Source of the DNA: Desulfobacterales bacterium
GTDB lineage: Bacteria; Desulfobacterota; Desulfobacteria; Desulfobacterales; UBA5852
DNA length: 64,000 nucleotides
Assembly: GCA_963674755.2 (NCBI GenBank)
Contig: CAXXVS010000002.1
Coordinates: forward strand, 736,001 to 800,000
Reading direction: 5' to 3'
The notes beneath the pieces were generated by a model. That model ran no database searches. It had not been told where the DNA came from and was given only the letters and a program-made list of their open reading frames with translations. Position 1 is the stretch's first letter. Each line of letters opens with the position of its first letter. The position numbers and the translations under genes are program-made. Shown here piece after piece: positions 29,853 through 38,241 of the stretch.

Positions 29853-30635
29853 TTATGATTTATCGCCTTCAATCAGGGCCAGCACTTGTGGCAGAAGGGT
29901 TCGGGTTGTGCTAAGGCCCTCCTTCCCGTAGATGGTTTCGTTGCCGGACCAGTCCCCGAAATACCCCCCGGCTTCGCGCATGATCGGTGGGAAAGGGGCG
30001 CAGTCGTAAGGATTCAAGACCGGATCCAGCATGATCTCCATGCGTCCTGTGGCCACGAGGGCATACCCGTAGGCATCCGACCAGCCGACACTGCAATAGC
30101 TCGCGTCCACTAGTCGTTGCCAGGCGTCGAAGCGTCCGGCGGGCGCGAAGCTTTCCGCGCCCGTAAACCCGACATAACTGCGCTCCAGACGGTCGGTGGC
30201 GGCGACCCGCGCCCGCCGTCCGTTCCAGAAGCATCCCAGACCGCTCGCGGCGAAGATCATATCGTTCAAGGCCGGGAAATACGCCACGCCTACCTCGCAG
30301 CGGCCGGCGATTTCAAGGCCGATCAGCACCGCATAAAGGGGCACGCCGCGAATAAAGGCCTTGGTACCGTCGATGGGGTCGATGATCCAGCGAAATTCTT
30401 CGTCTTCGCCCGTCTTGACACCCTGTTCTTCGCCGAGGATGGCATGGCGGGGATAACGCGCTTCGATGCGCTCCCGGATCAATGTTTCGGCTTGGCGGTC
30501 CGCCACGGTTACCGGGGTGTCGTCGGGTTTGTAGTCCGGGCGCACCTCATTTTGGAAATAGCCCAGCGTCAGACGGCCGGCGGCATGGGCGGTTTGAACG
30601 GCGAAGTCAAGATAGGCTTGCAGCGATGATGCCAT
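29853..30635 (-). CDS. hisN: Histidinol-phosphatase / inositol monophosphatase family
   Basis: TPVTVAD, GEE, WIIDPIDGTKAFIRGVP and DAYGYALVATG. Confidence 0.8.
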   Translation of the reverse strand: MASSLQAYLDFAVQTAHAAGRLTLGYFQNEVRPDYKPDDTPVTVADRQAETLIRERIEARYPRHAILGEEQGVKTGEDEEFRWIIDPIDGTKAFIRGVPLYAVLIGLEIAGRCEVGVAYFPALNDMIFAASGLGCFWNGRRARVAATDRLERSYVGFTGAESFAPAGRFDAWQRLVDASYCSVGWSDAYGYALVATGRMEIMLDPVLNPYDCAPFPPIMREAGGYFGDWSGNETIYGKEGLSTTRTLLPQVLALIEGDKS

Positions 30636-30777
30636 AAGAAGACCTCTTTTCTTTAATCCGCCCGAGGCGGATGCGGGTTTGATTCTCCGGCGCGGGCCGT
30701 GTTGGATGACTTATGCCGCCGGTCCATCAGGGTGCGGCGGGGCTGCGCATTCGTATACGGGTAACGTGCTTCGGATA

Positions 30778-31728
30778 TCACGGCGGCGTAATCAGCCGCA
30801 AGCGCCCGGGCAGGATACCGATTTCCAGCCAGTCCATCGCCGGCAAGGGGTCGCCGTCCATCTGGACGGATAGGGGGCGATCGGACCAGCAGCAAACATG
30901 CTGCCCCTGGCGATAGCGGCTGAAACCCGGAGGCGGGCGGCGCCCCCGCAGCGCGGCCTGGAACGCACGGAACCATACGCCGGGTGTGGATCGCCGGCGG
31001 GTCACCAAGTCCAGCCGGCCGTCGTTCATGCGCGCCTCCGGCGCCATGGCCCACCCTTTGGCATAGCAGCGCGTGTTGGCGATCACGGCGGCCCGGCAAA
31101 CATCGGGTTGATCGGCCCTATTCGTACAGATATGGAAAAGGGGTTCGGCCGGAGATCGAAGGGCTTTTAAAGCGGCCGCCAGATATACCGGATCACCCCA
31201 ACGGCGATAGAGGGCTTCCAAGGTGCCGTAACGCAGCTCCTGGGTCAGGTGCACCACGCGTGCGCCGAAGCCGATTTCAACCATGGCCAGAAACACGAGC
31301 GCATCCCTGCTGTGGGGTCGGATGCGCAAGGTGCCGATGTCCAGGCGGCGGATGCGGCCTTCGGTCAGCAGCGCAATCGCCGCTTCCGGCCGCAAAGGGA
31401 TGCCCTGGTCGCGTGCCACCACATTGGCGTTGCCCGTGGGCACAAAGCCGATGGGCAAGGGGGCCGGCATTTGGCACAACCCGGCGCATACATCCCGCAG
31501 GGTACCGTCGCCGGCGATGACCACCAGAAGATCGGAACGCTCCGCCAGGCGGGGCACCACTTGGTTGCGGGTGCGGCTCGGCGCTTGGGTCCTTTCGCAG
31601 GCCACGATTTGCCAACCGCAGGCTTGGAGTCGCCGACGCACCGGTGCGATCAGGTCGGGGGCCTGGCATCGCCCGGCGCCGGCATGGTATAAAATAGCCG
31701 CTTTACCAGGAGTCAAAATGACCCTCAA
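30778..31728 (-). CDS. Diacylglycerol/lipid kinase family protein
   Basis: AGDGT, PTGNANVVA, GFGA, DGRLD and QMDGD. Confidence 0.85.
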   Translation of the reverse strand: MRVILTPGKAAILYHAGAGRCQAPDLIAPVRRRLQACGWQIVACERTQAPSRTRNQVVPRLAERSDLLVVIAGDGTLRDVCAGLCQMPAPLPIGFVPTGNANVVARDQGIPLRPEAAIALLTEGRIRRLDIGTLRIRPHSRDALVFLAMVEIGFGARVVHLTQELRYGTLEALYRRWGDPVYLAAALKALRSPAEPLFHICTNRADQPDVCRAAVIANTRCYAKGWAMAPEARMNDGRLDLVTRRRSTPGVWFRAFQAALRGRRPPPGFSRYRQGQHVCCWSDRPLSVQMDGDPLPAMDWLEIGILPGRLRLITPP

Positions 31729-32056
31729 TCCGTGAGAGAAGGGTTGTTAACCGCCGTGCGGGTCTGACTTTCCGAAAGGCGGGACGCTAAGGTCACCCTT
31801 TACTGCACATCCTCTCGGTTCGCAAGCGGCCATCCAGGAAAGCCGCCCGCGCGGCCTGAGGGCCGGGAGGGGTGCATGGCGCTTCGCTGTCCTCACGTCT
31901 GCCCTATTGAGGATCCGTCCGGCGATCGTCGCTTTGGGTTCCGGCGCAGACCAAAAATCAGCTTGAATTTTACGGCCGCTTTCAATAATGGAGATAGGGT
32001 TTGGGCGGTTTATGAGAAATGCATCGGAATGTATCCGGACGGACGAATCTGGGAGG

Positions 32057-32632
32057 ATGGTTGTGAATACCTTTACGGTCAAGGACTTGATGGTTCCCTT
32101 ATCCGAGTATGCCACCGTGCCCTTAGGAACAACGCTCTTTGAGGCCATGCTCGCCCTTGAAAAAGCGCAGGAAGAATTCGATCACACCAAATACAAGCAC
32201 CGCGGGATTCTCATCCTGGACGATTCGAAGCGGGTCATCGGCAAACTCAGCCATCTGCACGCCCTCAGCGCGCTGGAACCCAAAGCCGATGAGAGCAGCA
32301 GTATTAAAGAGCTGGGGCAATTCGGCTTCAGCTCTGGCTTTATCCGGGGGTTGCGCAAAAAACGACGCCTGCAGGAGGCGCCGCTTAGCGATCTATGTCG
32401 CAAAGCCGTGGAATTGAAGGTGGAAGACTTTATGCACATCACCGCCGAAGATGAATTTATCGATCACGCGGCCACGCTGGATATGGCCATCCATCAGCTG
32501 GTCCAGGAAAAGCTGCTGGCGCTTTTGGTGACCCGCGACGGCCGCACCATCGGTATTCTCCGCGTGGCCGATGTCTTTGCCGCCGTTTACCATCACATGA
32601 CCGAATGCACTCTCGAACAGGAAGGCCTATGA
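32057..32632 (+). CDS. CBS domain protein
   Basis: VKDLMVPLSEYATV, HRGILI, VEDFM and GILRVADVF; GGAGG RBS (start may be GTG 32063). Confidence 0.88.
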   Translation: MVVNTFTVKDLMVPLSEYATVPLGTTLFEAMLALEKAQEEFDHTKYKHRGILILDDSKRVIGKLSHLHALSALEPKADESSSIKELGQFGFSSGFIRGLRKKRRLQEAPLSDLCRKAVELKVEDFMHITAEDEFIDHAATLDMAIHQLVQEKLLALLVTRDGRTIGILRVADVFAAVYHHMTECTLEQEGL

Positions 32633-34047
32633 AAGCACTGCAAGCACTCTTCGACCGCATCGTGCAGCGCGTCAATATCAATCTGCGCGAACTCGCTATC
32701 GACGTCCGGCCCTACGTCGATGGTCTGGTCCCCTTCGAACAGCTGACCAAATTCTACGCGTTTTACGGTGTTACACCCCACCACGCATTGGATTTGCAGT
32801 TCCGCAAATCAAGCCTTGCGGGGAGCTATTTTTTGGGCAAGTGCTGTGCTACGGGTTCGATCCTTTACAAGACCGATATCCGGGGGGACGAACTCAAAAA
32901 GGAAGGCGACATCTATTCTTACAAGACCTTCAATATTGCGATTTCCGAAGACGAGGCCATCCGCATTCAAGACAGTCTGCTGGTTAAAACCCTGGTTCAC
33001 AATTTTTCCCATGACCCGGAAACCCTCGAAAATTTTTTCATCACCAATACCGTATCGCTCCACTATGCCAATATTCACGGATCGCCCACCGACGGGAGCT
33101 ACCTGGGGCCCTTTGCGACCGTGGATTTAACGACCATGAACGACTGTGTCATCGGCGCCTTCTCCTACATCCAGGCGGGTGAGATCGGTCATCTCGATAT
33201 CGAACCCGGGACGGTATGGGTCCGCAATCCGGATCAATTCAATTTTTTATACCGCTATCCCCAGGAAAAGCTGCGCCCCTACATCCATTTTGCCGCCGGG
33301 CAGACACCGCACGGCGTTTTGATGGATTTCGTGGAGCAACGCAAGGAGGCCTTTCAACACGTTTTCGAAAAGGTCAACCTGGAACCGGTTGTGGTGCCCG
33401 ACACCAGCTCCCTGGATCGGTTTGCCGTGATCAAACCCAAGACGATCATCCGGGAGAATGTTCTGGTGGCCCAACGGGCCTATCTGGAAAATGCCTACCT
33501 GGGCAAGGGGGCCAATGCCCAGGAAAACTGCTACATCATCAATTCGCGCCTGGAAGGCAACAATGTGACCGCCCATGGCGGCAAGATCATCGAAGCCGAT
33601 CTGGAGCCCAACGTGTTTGTCGGGTTCAACAGTTTCCTGTACGGCCGTCCCGGAAGCCGGCTGACGATCGGCCAGGACTGCATTATCATGCCCCATACGA
33701 TTATCGATATCCAACAGCCCTTGGCCATCCCGGCGGGTCATCTCGTCTGGGGGCTCGTCACCGGCCAGGCCGATCTGGCGACGAACAGCATCCCTCTGGA
33801 AGCGCTATCCGAGGTCAAAGACAGCCAGTGCGTCGGCGACATGTACTTCGAAGGCGATGGCGGGCGCTTTGTGAAAGCCTTCCGGGACCGTATCCACCAC
33901 ATCCTGGAAGCCAATGGCGCTTTTTACGACGGAAGCAACCATAAGGGGCATGCCCAAAAAAACCAGAACATCTCGTTCAATACGATCCAGCCCTATCCGG
34001 AGGGTGAATTCAAGGGCTTATATCCGACCATTGTCATCCGACCCTGA
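32629..34047 (+). CDS. Hexapeptide-repeat (left-handed beta-helix) transferase-like protein
   Basis: Repeats such as NDCVIGAFSYI, NAYLGKGANAQENCYI, NVFVGFNSFL and TIGQDCIIMPHTII; ATGA overlap with the CBS gene. Confidence 0.82.
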   Translation: MKALQALFDRIVQRVNINLRELAIDVRPYVDGLVPFEQLTKFYAFYGVTPHHALDLQFRKSSLAGSYFLGKCCATGSILYKTDIRGDELKKEGDIYSYKTFNIAISEDEAIRIQDSLLVKTLVHNFSHDPETLENFFITNTVSLHYANIHGSPTDGSYLGPFATVDLTTMNDCVIGAFSYIQAGEIGHLDIEPGTVWVRNPDQFNFLYRYPQEKLRPYIHFAAGQTPHGVLMDFVEQRKEAFQHVFEKVNLEPVVVPDTSSLDRFAVIKPKTIIRENVLVAQRAYLENAYLGKGANAQENCYIINSRLEGNNVTAHGGKIIEADLEPNVFVGFNSFLYGRPGSRLTIGQDCIIMPHTIIDIQQPLAIPAGHLVWGLVTGQADLATNSIPLEALSEVKDSQCVGDMYFEGDGGRFVKAFRDRIHHILEANGAFYDGSNHKGHAQKNQNISFNTIQPYPEGEFKGLYPTIVIRP

Positions 34048-34511
34048 TAGGGGGGGACCGGTCCTCCGTCGACCGGCACAGAGAGATATACGCCTGCCCG
34101 CTTTCGGCATTGATTATTGACTCCATCTGCTTTCTAGGCTAATTCCTGGTGGATTTGAATTCAACGTCGGAACCGCTTATGACCACAGGGACCGCAATGG
34201 CGACTGTTGCATGGATGGCATCCCGGGCCGCTTCGTCACTGTGGGATCAGATTTGGGCGTTTGATGGATCATTTCCTTACGGCCGCATGGATGGGACTTG
34301 AGAGGGAAAACGGCTTTTCCTTGCGCAGGGCTGCCACCTCGCCCCACTCCGATGGCCCCGTCCGACCCGCCTTCCCCCATGCTTGGCAATTTTTGGATGA
34401 CAGCACGATTCCCGGCCCGATAGGGCCCAAGCGTCCGCCACGAATACCTGCACCGTATTCTTGCCTATTTCTCAAGAAACCAAGACCGCTTTCAACGTTA
34501 AAGGGGAACCC

Positions 34512-35075
34512 ATGAAATCTCTCATCGTATCGGACCTGATGATTCCGTTAACAGAGTACGCCACGGTTTCGGAAGACGCGACCTTGTGCGATGCCATCCT
34601 GGCCCTGGAAAAGGCCCAGGGCGAATTCGACCAGTCCCGCTACCGGCACCGGGCCGTTTTAGTTTACAACAAACAGCATAAAATTGTCGGCAAGATCAGC
34701 CAGATTGATGCGCTCAAGGCTTTGGAACCCAAATACAAAGAGCTCTTGACGGATTCCAGCACGCGACACCTCGGCTTCAGCAACAAATATATCCAGGGGA
34801 TGCTGGACCAATTCTCGCTTTGGGCCAACCCTCTGGCGGATATTTGCACCAAGGCGGCCGATCGCAAGGTTGCCGATTTCATGTATACGCCTACCGAGGG
34901 AGAGTATGTACGACAGGATGCCGCCCTGGATGTGGCTATCCATCAGTTGATCATCGGTCACCATCAATCGTTGCTGGCAACGGATGCCGCCGGGGAGATT
35001 GTCGGGATCCTCCGGCTGACGGACGTCTTTGTCGCGGTTTTCCACAAACTCAAGGAATGCAAACAGGAGTGCTAA
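34512..35075 (+). CDS. CBS domain protein (paralog of 32057-32632)
   Basis: VSDLMIPLTEYATV, ALEKAQ.EFD, HRAVLV and GILRLTDVF. Confidence 0.88.
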   Translation: MKSLIVSDLMIPLTEYATVSEDATLCDAILALEKAQGEFDQSRYRHRAVLVYNKQHKIVGKISQIDALKALEPKYKELLTDSSTRHLGFSNKYIQGMLDQFSLWANPLADICTKAADRKVADFMYTPTEGEYVRQDAALDVAIHQLIIGHHQSLLATDAAGEIVGILRLTDVFVAVFHKLKECKQEC

Positions 35076-35147
35076 AAGAGCCCCTTAGACCGGTCTGCAC
35101 AGCATCGGTCCCTATACTATCGTAATCTCACTGAGGAGGAAGGTGAT

Positions 35148-36620
35148 ATGACGGACGGTGTGGCTGGCATCCCAAGCCAGATTAACTGGAAGAAAATGCT
35201 GTTTCTGTTTACGGGCATCATCCTGTTCGCAGTGACCTACTATTCTCCCCCCTGGCCGGATGCCATCGATCCCTTGGGCAAGCATTTCGAACTGACCCGG
35301 GAGGGCAAAGGCGCCCTGGCGGTTTTTCTGCTGGCCGGCACCTGGTGGGTTTTTGAAGTGGTTCCCATCGGGATCACCAGCCTGGCCATCGGGGTCCTGC
35401 AGGCCCTTTTCCTTATCCGCCCTGCCAAGGTGGCGTTCAAGGACTTCATGGATCCTTCGGTCATGTTCATCTTCGCGTCGATCGTCATTGGCTTGGTGTT
35501 TACCAAGACCGGCCTGACCCGACGCCTGGCTTATAAAATGCTGGCCATCGTGGGGGAGAAGACCAGCATGATTTACCTGGGCTGCTTCGTGGTGACGGCC
35601 GCCCTGACCCATATCATGGCGCACACAGCGGTGGCGGCGACGATCTACCCGCTGCTGGTAGCTATCTATTCCCTTTACGGGGAGGGGGACAAGCCGACCA
35701 AATTCGGCAAGGGCCTTTTTATCGGGATGGCCTATGTCGCCGGGGCCGGCAGCATTGTCACGTTGCTGGGGGCGGCCCGGGGCGCCGTCGCCTTGGGCTT
35801 CTATTCGGACATCATCGGTGAGTCGATCTCCTTTTTTAAACTTACCTATTACATGTTTCCGGTGGGCTGGCTGATGACCTTCCTGTTGTGGGGGTTCTTC
35901 ATGGTTTTTTTCAAACCGGAAAAGGCCACCATTCCCGGTCTGCGCGAAAAAGCCAAGCGCCTCTATGCGGAACTCGGGCCGTTGCGGCGGGAAGAAATCA
36001 TTGCGGCGACCATCGTCGGGGCCTGTATCGTCGTCATGTCCCTGCGGTCTTTCGTGCCGATGTTAAAACCCTTGGACAAAACCGGTATCATTCTGATTTC
36101 GACCATCCTGTTTTTTATCACGGGTATTCTTGACATCGACGATCTGGAATCGGTGCCCTGGAACATCATCCTGCTGTTTGCCGGCGCCATGAGCATCGGC
36201 TTTTGCCTCTGGGAGACCGGGGCGGCCAAGTGGCTGGCGGTGAACTGGCTGGTCATGTTCAAAGAGGCCAACTGGTTTGTGTTCACCATGAGCATCGCCT
36301 TTTTCGTCCTGGTCATGACCAACTTTATCATGAACGTGGCCGCCATCGCCATTTCACTGCCGGTGGCTTTCGTCATCGCCCCCTACCTGGGGGTGGCGGC
36401 CGACGTCATCCTGTTCGCCGCGCTGGTGACGGCGGGAATGCCTTTTCTGCTGCTCGTGGGGGCAGCGCCCAATGCCATCGCGTATGACTCCAAGCAGTTT
36501 ACCGCCGGCGAGTTTTTCCTGTACGGGATTCCGGCCAGCATCATGCTAATGGCGGTTGTGGGGTTATTCGTTTTCCTGATTTGGCCTATGATGGGGATGC
36601 CCGTGACAATACCGACTTAA
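35148..36620 (+). CDS. SLC13/DASS family anion:sodium symporter
   Basis: WVFEVVPIGIT, TGLTRRLA, HT motif, TLLGAARG, VPWNIILLFAG and AAPNAIAY; many TM segments. Confidence 0.9.
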   Translation: MTDGVAGIPSQINWKKMLFLFTGIILFAVTYYSPPWPDAIDPLGKHFELTREGKGALAVFLLAGTWWVFEVVPIGITSLAIGVLQALFLIRPAKVAFKDFMDPSVMFIFASIVIGLVFTKTGLTRRLAYKMLAIVGEKTSMIYLGCFVVTAALTHIMAHTAVAATIYPLLVAIYSLYGEGDKPTKFGKGLFIGMAYVAGAGSIVTLLGAARGAVALGFYSDIIGESISFFKLTYYMFPVGWLMTFLLWGFFMVFFKPEKATIPGLREKAKRLYAELGPLRREEIIAATIVGACIVVMSLRSFVPMLKPLDKTGIILISTILFFITGILDIDDLESVPWNIILLFAGAMSIGFCLWETGAAKWLAVNWLVMFKEANWFVFTMSIAFFVLVMTNFIMNVAAIAISLPVAFVIAPYLGVAADVILFAALVTAGMPFLLLVGAAPNAIAYDSKQFTAGEFFLYGIPASIMLMAVVGLFVFLIWPMMGMPVTIPT

Positions 36621-36669
36621 AGCTGATGACGCACCGTTTACGTGCGATGGCAGGCCTTATTCCAACAAT

Positions 36670-36707
36670 AGCCCCGGTTTCCTATGAGTGGAAAGCCGGG
36701 GCTTTTT
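36670..36707 (+). terminator. Intrinsic terminator after the DASS gene
   Basis: AGCCCCGGTTTCC / GGAAAGCCGGGGCT hairpin plus T run. Confidence 0.8.
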
Positions 36708-36767
36708 AAGCTTTCTGGGCGGTGGGTTTTCCTGCGGGGAAGGCCACAGGCGGATGCCGCGTGCGGA

Positions 36768-37475
36768 TCAGGCCTTCTTTAGGTTGGCGGCGGCAAAATC
36801 CCAGTTGAGTAGGTGATCGAGGAAGGCCTCGATATAACGGTCGCGGCGGTTTTGATAGTCCAGGTAATAGGCATGCTCCCAGTCGTCGATCACCAGCAGG
36901 GGTTGCATATCCATCACGAAGGGCGTTACCGCATTGGCCGTGCTCAATACGTTGAGGCGGCCTTCGGCAAGCACAAGCCAGGTCCAGCCGCTTGCAAAGT
37001 GGTTTCGGGCGGATTCTGCGAACAGCGTGCGAAAGGTTGCATAGCTTCCGAAGGACTTGGTAATCCAATCCGCCATCACGCCCCGGGGTTGGCCGCCTCC
37101 CTTGGGTTTCATACTGTTCCAATAGAACGTATGATTGCAAACTTGGGCCGCGTTGTTGAAAAGGGCGCTCTGGACGCAGGCCTTGGGCTGATAGCTGCCT
37201 TGCAGAATATCTACGAGGGGCTGCCTTTTAAGCCCTGCTTCGCGCAAGAGACGGTTGGTGCTGTTGACGTACGCACGGTGGTGCCGGCCGTAGTGGATGC
37301 GAAGGGTTTCCGCTGAAAGGTAGGGCTCCAGGGCGTCGAGTTCATAGGGCAGGGACGGCAGGCGGATGAGCGGATCGTCATCCTGAGCATCCCGTGAACA
37401 GCCCCATCCCGTCATCGCCAGGGCCGTCAAGGCACCGGCCTGCAAGGACCATTTGAGAAAAGCGCGTCGCTGCAT
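36768..37475 (-). CDS. sodB: Fe/Mn superoxide dismutase with Tat signal and probable lipobox
   Basis: LPSLPY, HYGRHH, NHTFYW, DxWEHAYYLDY; N-terminal QRRAFLK and GWGC; GGAGG RBS. Confidence 0.9.
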   Translation of the reverse strand: MQRRAFLKWSLQAGALTALAMTGWGCSRDAQDDDPLIRLPSLPYELDALEPYLSAETLRIHYGRHHRAYVNSTNRLLREAGLKRQPLVDILQGSYQPKACVQSALFNNAAQVCNHTFYWNSMKPKGGGQPRGVMADWITKSFGSYATFRTLFAESARNHFASGWTWLVLAEGRLNVLSTANAVTPFVMDMQPLLVIDDWEHAYYLDYQNRRDRYIEAFLDHLLNWDFAAANLKKA

Positions 37476-37718
37476 AACACCTCCTCCGGTGAAGAGAATT
37501 TTTGCATCAAGCCGATCAAGATGAAGCCACCGGATCTGGGTGGCGGTTGTGCACGATCGGTGCCCATCCCTAAATGGCATCTCTTGGCCCCTGTCGGCGT
37601 TTTCGCCCCCTGCGGGTCCTCGGCGTAGCCGGGCTACGCCGGTGGGCACCAGTCGGCTGCGGACTTGCCAGAAACCATAATCGACCACCTCGGGATGGCG
37701 CTATCGACGGGGCCCGAC

Positions 37719-38138
37719 CTACAGATCGTCCTGAGACGATTTTTCCGGCAGGGCCGGTCTTACCTTCAGGACGATTTCTTTGCGGATTTGAACCGTGCCC
37801 GGTTTGGCGCCGCGGGGTTTGCTCACGTAGCGGGCCCGTGTGGCCGAAACGGGCACGACGCCTCCCTGACGGGCTTTGCTGTGGTAGGCGGCAATGGCAG
37901 CGGCCTGTTTGAGAATGCTCCGATCCGGTTCCTGGTCGGAAGGGACCCGCAGGACCACATGGCTTCCGGGCAGGCCTTTGACGTGAAACCACCAGTCATT
38001 GGGGGCGGCCATGCGCAGGCTCAGTTGGTCGTTATCTTCATCCGTGCGGCCGGCCAGCACCTGCCAGCCCTGGGGGAGTTGGTATTCGAAGACGCTGGGC
38101 AACACCTGCCGCTCGTCCGCGCGTCGATAAGTTCGCAT
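37719..38138 (-). CDS. Stand-alone NFACT RNA-binding (DUF814) domain protein
   Basis: GRTDEDNDQLS, DWWFHVKGLPGSHV, AAAIAAYHSKAR and VSKPRGAKPG. Confidence 0.88.
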   Translation of the reverse strand: MRTYRRADERQVLPSVFEYQLPQGWQVLAGRTDEDNDQLSLRMAAPNDWWFHVKGLPGSHVVLRVPSDQEPDRSILKQAAAIAAYHSKARQGGVVPVSATRARYVSKPRGAKPGTVQIRKEIVLKVRPALPEKSSQDDL

Positions 38139-38241
38139 GAAAATCGTTTCCGTTCAAGGGGGGTTGCATGCCGTTGGGGCTCAGGCCGTAAGGGGAATGG
38201 TACCGTAGCCGAAAACAGATCGGATTTCAAGCTGGGAATCC

